From a virus (taxonomy: Duplodnaviria > Caudoviricetes), in IMG/VR virus record IMGVR_UViG_3300011415_000001, positions 1 to 62,379 of that record: a DNA stretch of 62,379 nt. One strand, given 5' to 3'. The notes under the pieces are model-generated. The model did not search any database. It saw nothing but the letters and a program-made list of their open reading frames with translations, and was not told the DNA's origin. The stretch's first letter is position 1; each line of letters opens with the position of its first letter. The position numbers were made by a program, and so were the translations under genes. Shown here piece after piece: positions 7,883 to 15,876 of the stretch.

Positions 7883-8461
7883 GTGAGCACGGACTGGATC
7901 GCCATGGGCGACGAAGCGGCAAAGCCAGCGCGAAGCACCCGTCCTCTCAGGGAGCGCCTGCCGTGGATCCCGTGCTCAGAGGGCGAGCTCGAATGCTGCA
8001 ACTGCGGGAACTTCTGGGGCGGGAAGATGGCTCCGTGTGGCATCCACGCCTACTGCTCGCTCTGCCGCGGACGGGGCCGCGACGACGATCACGACTGCGC
8101 GGAGCACGACGAGCCGTCCGCCGTGTTCCATCGCATGGACCGCGACTGTCGCGAGTGCGGACAGCGCCATCTCGATTGGGAGCGGTGCGCGGCGATCTGG
8201 AACGAGCGCGCGAAGGACACGCCTGAGGAGCAGGAAGAGGAATGGGACCGCTGGATCGCGCGCATCGAAGAGGGCTACGAGAAAGCGCATGAAGGCATCG
8301 ACGACTGGGCGCGCGCGCTCGAGCTACTGAAAGAACTACGCGCCGAGGTCGCACGGCTGCGCGCGGAACTCGCCAAGCGAGAGACCGAACTAGCTCGCGC
8401 GCCCTTCGCGTGCGAGGACACAGGTGGTGATACCGGAGGAGTGGGATGGAAACCGCAGTAG
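7883..8461 (+). CDS. Cys/His-rich protein with a C-terminal coiled coil
   Basis: GTG 7883; CCNC, CSLC, CREC. Confidence 0.55.
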   Translation: MSTDWIAMGDEAAKPARSTRPLRERLPWIPCSEGELECCNCGNFWGGKMAPCGIHAYCSLCRGRGRDDDHDCAEHDEPSAVFHRMDRDCRECGQRHLDWERCAAIWNERAKDTPEEQEEEWDRWIARIEEGYEKAHEGIDDWARALELLKELRAEVARLRAELAKRETELARAPFACEDTGGDTGGVGWKPQ

Positions 8462-9738
8462 CAACGTATGAACCGTCGATCGACGAGCTGATTGCGCAGA
8501 GCCTTCTGCCGCGAGTACCTTGGCCGTCGCGGCGCACCAAAGGGACGATCACAGTCACCGACTACAACGGCCTTCAAGCCGCGATCGACGCCGCGCACGG
8601 AGGCGACATCATCCGGCTCGTCGGGAAGAAGTTCGCCGGCTTCAAGATCAAGAAGGCATGGGGATTCAAACTCACCGAGAGCTGGATTCCGCCCGATCGC
8701 TCGGTGCAGGTCGTGTGCATCGTGAACGGCAACCCAGACGGCACGCAGCCGATCATCGAAGGCTTCGCCGTCTGGCAGATGAACAACGGCACGGAGCTCT
8801 GGTGCGTCGACCTCGGCATCAAGCCGGCCGAATGGCAGGAGGAGAACAACGACGGCGCGCTCGAGTGGGTCTCCGGCCCGTACTGCTTCGGCGGTCCAAT
8901 CACTGGCATGCCAGGATCTCTGCGCTTCAAGAACTGCACGCTGTACGACGCGGAGAAGTCGAAGAGCTACGGCGGGAGCGGCCTCAAGGCCGGGTGCCGA
9001 ACGACGCGGATGGGTCTTCACTTCGAGGGCTGTCGATCTGCTGATGGCGCGATCGCTCAGGAGCAGTGGATCTACCCCGACAACTGCGCGTTCTTCATCC
9101 AAGATGGATGCGACTGGGGTCCTTGCGGTCGGTCCCACTACCAGACGGGCACGCGGAACTTCTACCAGATGCCCGACAGGTTCCTCGGCATCCTCGTGCA
9201 GAACTCGAAGTTCCGCGACGGCTTCTGTGGGAGCGCGAACGCGGGCTCGAACACGGTCTACGGATACCCGGGACTCGTGGTCATGCGAAATAACCTGATC
9301 CAAAGCAACGGGTGGGACGGGCTCGTCTGGGACCCGGAGCTGAAGAAGATGGTGCAGAAGCACATCGATCCAACGGCCGGCGTCGTCGTGTGGCGCGCGT
9401 ACAACGAAGGCGGAGCGAAGCTTGACGCTGATGGCTTCGCGACCTCGATACTCGTGATCGACAACGTGAAGGTCTCGATCGGGCCTGGAGGACTCGACGC
9501 GTGCACGTTCGAGTGGATCAACCGCGCGCACATCCGTGGCCTCGACACCACCGGAAGCGCGAACGGCGCGCACCACGTCAACAACCCGGGGCAGTACAAC
9601 ACGCACGGCATCGCGAATCTGCGGCTGTACGGCCCGCCGTTCCCCCCGATCCGGACGCACATCGGCGACTCCACGTCGAAGCAGTGGCACACATGGACAC
9701 AGGAGGAGCTGCTCGCGGCTACGAAGGTTTCCGCCTGA
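8446..9738 (+). CDS. Right-handed beta-helix (pectin-lyase-like) protein, 430 aa
   Basis: N-cap LQAAIDAAHGGDIIRL; strand repeats LRFKNC, LHFEGC, ILVQNS, VVMRNN, LVIDNV; strong RBS GGAGGAG. Confidence 0.65.
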   Translation: METAVATYEPSIDELIAQSLLPRVPWPSRRTKGTITVTDYNGLQAAIDAAHGGDIIRLVGKKFAGFKIKKAWGFKLTESWIPPDRSVQVVCIVNGNPDGTQPIIEGFAVWQMNNGTELWCVDLGIKPAEWQEENNDGALEWVSGPYCFGGPITGMPGSLRFKNCTLYDAEKSKSYGGSGLKAGCRTTRMGLHFEGCRSADGAIAQEQWIYPDNCAFFIQDGCDWGPCGRSHYQTGTRNFYQMPDRFLGILVQNSKFRDGFCGSANAGSNTVYGYPGLVVMRNNLIQSNGWDGLVWDPELKKMVQKHIDPTAGVVVWRAYNEGGAKLDADGFATSILVIDNVKVSIGPGGLDACTFEWINRAHIRGLDTTGSANGAHHVNNPGQYNTHGIANLRLYGPPFPPIRTHIGDSTSKQWHTWTQEELLAATKVSA

Positions 9739-9839
9739 CACCGCCCACGGACGGCTCGGCCGCACCCCGAGTGTGTAGCTCGCGCGATGGTCGACAAACG
9801 GACCGGGCCGGCCGTGACTAACCAAAGACGAGGAGGCAG

Positions 9840-10040
9840 ATGAGTATCAAGAGCAAGTACGTCACGTGCGAAGTCCAAACCGCCCTCGGAAACCGAGCGA
9901 TCAAGAGAGCGAGGCGCGTGCGACTCATCGACGCTGAAGGCTACGTGATCGCCGAGCTCGACCTCGAGCAGGCGCCGCACGTTGCCGAGGCGCAGCCGCC
10001 GAAGGCGAAGGCCAAGAAGAAGGCGAGGAAGTCCAGATGA
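9840..10040 (+). CDS. Small basic protein
   Basis: RBS GAGGAGG; Lys-rich tail. Confidence 0.65.
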   Translation: MSIKSKYVTCEVQTALGNRAIKRARRVRLIDAEGYVIAELDLEQAPHVAEAQPPKAKAKKKARKSR

Positions 10041-10552
10041 CCACGACCAAGACGCGCCGCAAGCCCCGCTCCCAGTCCGAGATCGCAACCGAGAGGAAGT
10101 CGAAGGCGCTCGAGCGCGCAGGAACCGCCGTGCTAGACGGCAAGCCCGCGAAGGCGAAGAGGATCGCCGCGGCGCAGAAGAAGCGCGAGACGAAGAAGCC
10201 GAGTCCGAGGCAGGCCGCTGAGGTGCTCGGAGAAGCGCACGCGCTCGAGCAGCAGATCACCGCGCTCGACCTGAAAATCGATGGCTACAAGGAGGCGTAC
10301 AAGCAAGCGAAGTCGCAGCGCGAGGCACTGCTGAACAGGCTGCGCGGCGAGGTGCGCGACATGGGGCAGGGGCGGCTGCCGTTCGGCGTGAACGCGAAGG
10401 CGGACCCGGCCCAGACGAAACCCGCGAAGCGTGACACGAAGGAGACCGCCCCTGCGACAGAGCCGGAGAAGGACTCGGCGGACGCGCCGAAAGACGTCCC
10501 GTTCGCGCCAGTTGATGAGACGGAGAAGGGGCTCGAGGAGGTTACGAGTTGA
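10037..10552 (+). CDS. Lys-rich coiled-coil protein, putative DNA-binding, with QGRLPF motif
   Basis: Basic N-terminus, central coiled coil, acidic tail. Confidence 0.65.
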   Translation: MTTTKTRRKPRSQSEIATERKSKALERAGTAVLDGKPAKAKRIAAAQKKRETKKPSPRQAAEVLGEAHALEQQITALDLKIDGYKEAYKQAKSQREALLNRLRGEVRDMGQGRLPFGVNAKADPAQTKPAKRDTKETAPATEPEKDSADAPKDVPFAPVDETEKGLEEVTS

Positions 10553-10866
10553 GCGACACGCAGCGCGAAGTCCCGCATGTAGAGGGCCTGAAAGAGTGGG
10601 CCGAGCTCGCAGAAAACTACGCGCGGGCTTGTGCGCACCTAGCCAAGATCCACTCGGCACTTCGCGTGGTGGCCGCCGCATTCGACATCAATATCGACGG
10701 ACCTTGGGCAACCGACATGCTGGAGAGACGCGCGCGCAAGGTCATGGAAAACAACGAACGCATGTGGCGGCAACTGAAGAAGGCGAAGGAGCTCATCGAA
10801 TCCGTGGAGTGGGACGCCGAGGACAATCCGAAAGCACAGGCGTGGCTGTCCGAGAATCCCACCTGA
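10549..10866 (+). CDS. Hypothetical protein
   Basis: TTGA coupling; helical. Confidence 0.6.
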   Translation: MSDTQREVPHVEGLKEWAELAENYARACAHLAKIHSALRVVAAAFDINIDGPWATDMLERRARKVMENNERMWRQLKKAKELIESVEWDAEDNPKAQAWLSENPT

Positions 10867-10990
10867 CAGACGACCACCGCCCGCCACTCCGGCGAGCGGC
10901 GAAAGGAACCTCCACGGCCCGAGTCCAGCGCGACCGACCGAAGTGCGGTAGCCTGAATCGGCCCCGAGGCCCCCCTGACGAGATGCTGCA

Positions 10991-11269
10991 GTGACCTTCC
11001 CCGCCCGCGGTCGCCCTGCCGACGACTGGCCTGGTATCCCCGGTGCGAACTGGGGGATGGGCTCTCGCGTCATCGCGCGCGGGTGGACGATCATCGTCTA
11101 CGGCACGGTGGTTGGAGCGACTCCGGGAGGGCCCGAGAGCTGGACCATCAACGTGCGCCCGCACGAGAGCGAGGCAATCGGCGGCGACGGGAGGCGGAGA
11201 CAGCATCGCCACTCGCTCCCAATGTCATTCGAGCCGAGCGAGATCGAGCTGGATACGGAGGCGCGGTGA
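10991..11269 (+). CDS. Hypothetical protein (SH3-like)
   Basis: GSRV...YGTVVG...; GTGA coupling downstream. Confidence 0.5.
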   Translation: MTFPARGRPADDWPGIPGANWGMGSRVIARGWTIIVYGTVVGATPGGPESWTINVRPHESEAIGGDGRRRQHRHSLPMSFEPSEIELDTEAR

Positions 11270-11526
11270 ACAGAACCGAGACGGCTTTCCTTGTTGCGCT
11301 AGTGGTCGGTGTGCTGACTGTTATCTTCTTTGGCGTGAGGCACGAAATGCGCAACATGCGTTGCCTTCGAGAGTGCGAGCTCGAGTTCGTTGAGCGTCGC
11401 TACGATCCGCCGGAGAACGAACGCGCGCAGAGATTCTCTCTGATCTTCCGATGCCACCGGCACGAGCGGCGACTCGTTCAGTACGTTCCGGAGAGCGAGT
11501 GGAATAAGCGAGTGGAGGCCGAATGA
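11266..11526 (+). CDS. Membrane-anchored hypothetical protein
   Basis: N-terminal TM AFLVALVVGVLTVIFFGV. Confidence 0.55.
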   Translation: MNRTETAFLVALVVGVLTVIFFGVRHEMRNMRCLRECELEFVERRYDPPENERAQRFSLIFRCHRHERRLVQYVPESEWNKRVEAE

Positions 11527-11900
11527 GCATCTGGAAATGGATCGCACGATGGTGGCGGCGCCCGGCCCTGTTCGATCAGGAGTTGCGGGCGCTGAGCGCC
11601 GCGAACCACGCCCTGCGAAACGAGCTCGCGAAAGCGCGGGCTGAGCGCGAGGCAATCCGCCGCGAGGCCGAGAAGCTCATCGCTGGCGCGCTAGAGACGC
11701 CGAGCTCCGTCGTCGCAGCCGAGGGAATCCGTCTCGCGCGCTCCGAGGCCGACGACCTCCGCTGCGAGATCGAGAAGCTGCGCGGCATCCTCGCCGATCT
11801 GCTCCAGATGGACGGAAGCGACCTCGCAGAGCTCACGCTCGAGGAGATCGCGGCGATGGTGATCGAGTGGCGGAAGGCGAAGTCGGAAGAGAAGCCGTAG
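11523..11900 (+). CDS. Coiled-coil hypothetical protein, last gene of the rightward arm
   Basis: ATGA coupling; heptads. Confidence 0.65.
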   Translation: MSIWKWIARWWRRPALFDQELRALSAANHALRNELAKARAEREAIRREAEKLIAGALETPSSVVAAEGIRLARSEADDLRCEIEKLRGILADLLQMDGSDLAELTLEEIAAMVIEWRKAKSEEKP

Positions 11901-11907
11901 ACGACTC

Positions 11908-11942
11908 GGCCCCCGCTCGACTTTGAATCGGGCGAGGGCCTT
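11908..11942. terminator. Hairpin where the two arms converge (probable terminator)
   Basis: GGCCCCCGCTCGA/TCGGGCGAGGGCC inverted repeat between convergent stops at 11900 and 11967; U-tract weak. Confidence 0.55.
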
Positions 11943-11966
11943 GGTGAATCGTGGCGGCGGCGACGG

Positions 11967-12248
11967 TCAGACGAACGTCCGCGCCCCGCCCCGGTACTGA
12001 GCGACCCGGGTATCTCCGGGCTTCGCCGTGTACCCCTCGAGCTCGACGCGATAGGGCTTGGCCGCCGCGGTCTTCCCCTTCGTCGCCGCCAAGATCACGT
12101 TGCGGATCTTGCCGTCAGCGGCCGAGAGCGATGCGGCTACGGCGCTCGCATCGGCCTCGGCCGCGAAGTGATCGGACTCGGATGCGAGCTCGGCCGCCGC
12201 TTCTCGACGGGCTTCTGCGCGCTCCGATGCTGTTTCCTTGTGCTCCAT
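11967..12248 (-). CDS. Hypothetical protein
   Basis: RBS AGAGGA; last gene of the late arm. Confidence 0.65.
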   Translation of the reverse strand: MEHKETASERAEARREAAAELASESDHFAAEADASAVAASLSAADGKIRNVILAATKGKTAAAKPYRVELEGYTAKPGDTRVAQYRGGARTFV

Positions 12249-12257
12249 GGTGTTCCT

Positions 12258-12314
12258 CTACGGGCGCGGCTTCGGCGCCGGTTTCGGTTCAGGCTTGGGC
12301 TTGGGCTTGGGCAT
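12258..12314 (-). CDS. 18-aa Pro/Lys micropeptide MPKPKPKPEPKPAPKPRP
   Basis: GGAG 6 nt before the ATG; fills the gap between two genes; below the ORF-track cutoff. Confidence 0.5.
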   Translation of the reverse strand: MPKPKPKPEPKPAPKPRP

Positions 12315-12332
12315 GTGGACTCCGGTTGACGA

Positions 12333-12587
12333 TCAGGCGAACGGGCCAGGCATCGGCACATCGGTCGGGGGCGGCGGGAACGGGCTGTCGGCATTGGCGC
12401 CGATCGCCTTGAGGTTCGTAGAGAACGCGGCGAGACGCGCGAGCACGTTCTCGGTCTGCGCGCCGTTCAGGCCATCCGTCGCCGTCTTGTTGATGTCGTC
12501 GATGAGCTTCTGGACCGACGCGGCCAAAGTGTTCGTGGTCGCGTCCATGTCGTCGAGAATGGTTCCAACGTCGTCGTACTTTGTCAT
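12333..12587 (-). CDS. Small helical protein with a Pro-rich tail
   Basis: ATGA coupling; similar to the C-half of 12584-12925. Confidence 0.7.
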   Translation of the reverse strand: MTKYDDVGTILDDMDATTNTLAASVQKLIDDINKTATDGLNGAQTENVLARLAAFSTNLKAIGANADSPFPPPPTDVPMPGPFA

Positions 12588-12925
12588 GGGGAATCTTCTT
12601 CGGTTTCGGGTTTCAGCTTGCCGATCGCATCGAGCCGCGTGGCAATACCGCGCAACCGCTCGATCTGCTCAGTGCTAACTTGACCTGCCTGATCTGCCGT
12701 GATCGCGGCGATCTGCGCGCCAAGCTCGGTGGTCTCCGAGTCGATCTTCGCCATCTCGGTACGGTGCGCACGCACGACGACCTCGGTGAGCCTGTCCAGC
12801 TTATCCAAGACGCGCTCCGAGCTGTTGTCATCGATGGACTTGAGCGCGCGCAGCGTCAGTGCCTGCAAGAGATTGGATATCTCCGGATGGAGGCATTTCG
12901 GGATCACGTCGGAGTCCTGGTGCAT
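12584..12925 (-). CDS. Helical/coiled-coil protein
   Basis: ORF track; coupled to the next gene. Confidence 0.65.
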   Translation of the reverse strand: MHQDSDVIPKCLHPEISNLLQALTLRALKSIDDNSSERVLDKLDRLTEVVVRAHRTEMAKIDSETTELGAQIAAITADQAGQVSTEQIERLRGIATRLDAIGKLKPETEEDSP

Positions 12926-12992
12926 CGCAGTCGGCCTTTCGCAACTACCACTCTAGCCCTCGACCTGTAGCGTTCCGAGCCCCTAGATATAC

Positions 12993-13364
12993 CTACCCTT
13001 GGGGCGCGAAGGTGAGTCCCAGGGCCGCGATTTCCTCGCTGGTGAGCAAGGCCCGTACGGCCGGCTCGGTCCACGCGGGCAGCGGCTCGCCGAGTCCGAC
13101 CGTCACGTCGAGGTCGGCGTCGCGGTCGATCACCCGCACGGCATCGGTCGCCGCGACGAGCGGGCGCGTGAGCCGGAGCTGCCCGTCCGAGTCGACCTGG
13201 TAGATCCCGGCCTCGCCCGTGCCGTGGACGATGATGAGCGTTCGCGTGCCGTCTGTGGCAACGACTCCATTGCCGTTGACGTGGCCCTTCGCCACAAGCC
13301 CAAGCCCGCCATCGCTCGCGCACGCGGCGAGCACCAGGGCGGCGATTACAAGTGCGTTTCTCAT
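12993..13364 (-). CDS. Lipoprotein (o-spanin-like position)
   Basis: Signal peptide with lipobox MRNALVIAALVLAA-C. Confidence 0.7.
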   Translation of the reverse strand: MRNALVIAALVLAACASDGGLGLVAKGHVNGNGVVATDGTRTLIIVHGTGEAGIYQVDSDGQLRLTRPLVAATDAVRVIDRDADLDVTVGLGEPLPAWTEPAVRALLTSEEIAALGLTFAPQG

Positions 13365-13582
13365 GCTGTTCTCTCCCTCTCACCCGCGGCGACGATGGCC
13401 GCTTCCTTCTGTTTCGATCTGTTGAAGTTGTAGCTGACGTTCGTGGCTGCCACCGCGAACATGGCGCAGCACTGCACGCGCCAGTCGTCGGACTGAAACG
13501 CGAGCAGCACCCACGCCGCATCGACAGCGATCCCGCGACCGAACTCGGTCTCCTTGTAGCCAGGCCTCACCTTGTCAGCCAT
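13361..13582 (-). CDS. Small putative 2-TM holin-like protein
   Basis: PGYKETEF, two moderately hydrophobic segments, then YNFNRSKQK. Confidence 0.55.
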   Translation of the reverse strand: MADKVRPGYKETEFGRGIAVDAAWVLLAFQSDDWRVQCCAMFAVAATNVSYNFNRSKQKEAAIVAAGERERTA

Positions 13583-13589
13583 AGAGGTA

Positions 13590-13712
13590 GCGACGCGCGC
13601 CGGACCTTCTGTGGCGAGCGAACATCGCTCGTGCGCCGCGGCAGCCCATAGGCTCGTTCCAAGAAGGACCGACGACCTGCCGAAGCACAGAAATCCACCC
13701 AGCGCGCGCCGC
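13590..13712 (-). ncRNA. Candidate structured RNA element (multibranch) upstream of the holin-like gene
   Basis: Long closing stem GCGGCGCGCGCUGG..GGAUUUCUGUG / CACAGAAGGUCCGGCGCGCGUCGC enclosing several hairpins. Confidence 0.4.
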
Positions 13713-13718
13713 CATGCG

Positions 13719-14531
13719 TTACTTCTTCATCGCTCCGAGGTCGGCGATCGGCTGTCCGGTGTCGTCCCACACGTTGCCGACGCGCAAGAGCTGATCCGCG
13801 GAGCAGTCCGTTTCGAGCAGCTTGTACTGGTAGTCCCGGCCGAATCGGTTGTAACTTAGCGAGCAGTGGGTCGGCGGCCCCTTGCCCTTGTCCGTGAAGT
13901 ACACGCAGTAGCCGCCGCCGTTGAGCCAGCAGTACTCGACGCTCACGTAGCTGATCGGGCCGTCGCCTGTTTGGATGATCAGCGCCGCGTTCGACCGGAA
14001 CGTCCCGCCGCCGCCGGCCGCCGCATACGCCGCGTAACCGGGCGTCCCGGGCGCGGGCATGTTGATGTTGCAGCGGAAGTACCGCGAGTGTGATCCGAGT
14101 CGCTGCTGCACACCGTCGGCGTGGGCATCCACTGCCATGCCGAGATGGTGGAAGTAACAGAACTCGGCGAGCGCGCCACCAGACTGGTCTTTGAACGCGT
14201 CCGCGCCGCAGTGGTGGATCTCGACGCGCTTCAAGTGCGCCGGTGACTGCGCGTAAATTCCCGCGCTCGACGCGTTCCTGACCCGCCCGTGCGCCGTAGA
14301 GAACTCCTCGACGCCCGGCTTGACGTGGATCCCGTATGCTCCACCCTTCGCGTCGAGCTCGTAGTCCTCGATGGTGACGTCGTGAGCTTCGACGACGATC
14401 TGACCGTCGATCTTCACGGCCGAAAGCCTCGTGCCATCCTTCGTGATCGTCATGCTGTCCATCGGCTTGAGCACGACTCCGGCGCGCGGGCCGGTGTTCT
14501 TCTCTGTCGGTCGCCTGTCGGTGATTGTCAT
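13719..14531 (-). CDS. Right-handed beta-helix protein in the lysis cluster
   Basis: PTEKNTGP start motif; ITKDG, VTIEDY, HADGVQ, CWLNGGGY, YNRFGR. Confidence 0.75.
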   Translation of the reverse strand: MTITDRRPTEKNTGPRAGVVLKPMDSMTITKDGTRLSAVKIDGQIVVEAHDVTIEDYELDAKGGAYGIHVKPGVEEFSTAHGRVRNASSAGIYAQSPAHLKRVEIHHCGADAFKDQSGGALAEFCYFHHLGMAVDAHADGVQQRLGSHSRYFRCNINMPAPGTPGYAAYAAAGGGGTFRSNAALIIQTGDGPISYVSVEYCWLNGGGYCVYFTDKGKGPPTHCSLSYNRFGRDYQYKLLETDCSADQLLRVGNVWDDTGQPIADLGAMKK

Positions 14532-14911
14532 CTATCGCATTCCTCACAGTTGTGGGTGGCGCAGTAGCTTGCGACGGCCGCATCGAGGGCCGCTTGCGAC
14601 GGCGCGCAGAACTTGACGTGGTAGGGAACGCCGCCGGCCGTGGTGCAATCGCTTTCCCAGCAAAAGTCCGCGTCCGTCATCGGTTGTCCGCCGAAAACGT
14701 GGCGCTCGGCGCGAACGACGAGGTCTGGGAACGACTCGCCGGGGCGCGAGATGAACTCGAAGTGCGTTTCTCGGTAGTCGTACTCGATCGTGTGGACGTC
14801 GTGGACCATGGCTCCGAGCTCCTGTATGGCTAGGTTCTGTCGACGCAGCGCGATGCCGAAGGCGATCAGCGCGCCCACGAAGAAGCAGATCAGTACGACG
14901 TGCCATTTCAT
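14528..14911 (-). CDS. N-terminally membrane-anchored protein with a Cys-rich C-terminus
   Basis: TM VVLICFFVGALIAFGIAL; six Cys in the C-terminal half. Confidence 0.65.
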   Translation of the reverse strand: MKWHVVLICFFVGALIAFGIALRRQNLAIQELGAMVHDVHTIEYDYRETHFEFISRPGESFPDLVVRAERHVFGGQPMTDADFCWESDCTTAGGVPYHVKFCAPSQAALDAAVASYCATHNCEECDR

Positions 14912-14925
14912 GGGCGAGCACTACC

Positions 14926-15297
14926 CTACCTCCCGATGAAGAGCGGAGTATCCGGATACTTCTGGCGCAGGTGGTCCACCCAGAGCAGAAAGGGCTCCAG
15001 CCGCACCTTGTTCGTATCGAGGTCCTTGATGCTCGCGTTGATGTCGCTGAGCTGCTTCTCCATTCGTTCCGCGGAGACTTCCTGTTGGCGCCGCAGCTCG
15101 GCCGCGTCCGTGCGCTGCGTCTCCCGTGTCGACTGGAGCTCGGCGACGAGCGAGGAGATGTCAGAGCGCACACTCCCCATGTAGATCACGAGCATGGCGA
15201 GGAATGGCGCGAGCGCTCCGACCGCGGCGAAGACGTGGCCGACCTTGACCCGATTGTTCGGACCGATCTCGACCACGGACTCCTTGTCCTGCGTCAT
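14926..15297 (-). CDS. 1-TM plus coiled-coil protein (holin/i-spanin-like)
   Basis: TM VFAAVGALAPFLAMLVIYM followed by heptads. Confidence 0.65.
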   Translation of the reverse strand: MTQDKESVVEIGPNNRVKVGHVFAAVGALAPFLAMLVIYMGSVRSDISSLVAELQSTRETQRTDAAELRRQQEVSAERMEKQLSDINASIKDLDTNKVRLEPFLLWVDHLRQKYPDTPLFIGR

Positions 15298-15319
15298 GCA
15301 CCAATCCCCGCGTCGGGCG

Positions 15320-15469
15320 CTACTGCCCCTTCGGCAACTGCTGCACGAGCATGTAGACGCAGATCAGAAGCACCGGAATGCACCATCCCCACGGGTACGT
15401 GGCCTGCTTGACCGCCGCCAGAATCGTGCAGATGAAGGCGGCAATCGCGAGAATGATTAGAACGGTCAT
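15320..15469 (-). CDS. Small 2-TM membrane protein
   Basis: MTVLIILAIAAFICTILAAV...WCIPVLLICVYMLV; RBS AGGAG. Confidence 0.6.
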   Translation of the reverse strand: MTVLIILAIAAFICTILAAVKQATYPWGWCIPVLLICVYMLVQQLPKGQ

Positions 15470-15516
15470 GTTCTTGGCTCCTATTTCTCCCTGTCCGAGT
15501 CCTGGTCGTTCCATTC

Positions 15517-15876
15517 CTATGCCCGGTCATCCAGGCGTTCGTTGCCGCGAGGCGTTCTCGGCCCGAGGTCGCCGATCCGCGCGTGATTGGTGCGCCCGAA
15601 GTAGAACCCGACGACGAGAAAGAACGCGGACTCCAAGAGCAGGCTCTTGCTTCTGTCGTCGGATGCCTTGGAGAACCACTGCACGAAGACGTAGATGATA
15701 TTCGCCGCGACCACGCCGATCGCGATGGATGCCTGGGTCATCTCCCAGACCATGTTCAGCTTTCGCTGTCCCGCGGTGCGGAGGTCCTGTTCGCTCGTCG
15801 TAGTGGGCGGAACGGACGGCTGCGCCGGGGCGGCGGCATCCGCGTTGACCGTGGTGTTCGCTTTGTTCTCGACCAT
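15517..15876 (-). CDS. 2-TM holin-like protein
   Basis: Two TMs ending FFLVVGFYFGR, a holin-like C-terminal motif. Confidence 0.6.
   Translation of the reverse strand: MVENKANTTVNADAAAPAQPSVPPTTTSEQDLRTAGQRKLNMVWEMTQASIAIGVVAANIIYVFVQWFSKASDDRSKSLLLESAFFLVVGFYFGRTNHARIGDLGPRTPRGNERLDDRA

Noticed and set aside
9781-9825. Fluoride (crcB) riboswitch-like GCGATGG...TGAC
   Set aside because: Pseudoknot pairing and the conserved spacing could not be built, and no fluoride-related gene follows
10895-10985. Type II hammerhead ribozyme (CGAAA ... CUGACGAG)
   Set aside because: Stem I and a proper stem III/NUH site do not pair; kept only as a generic structured gap
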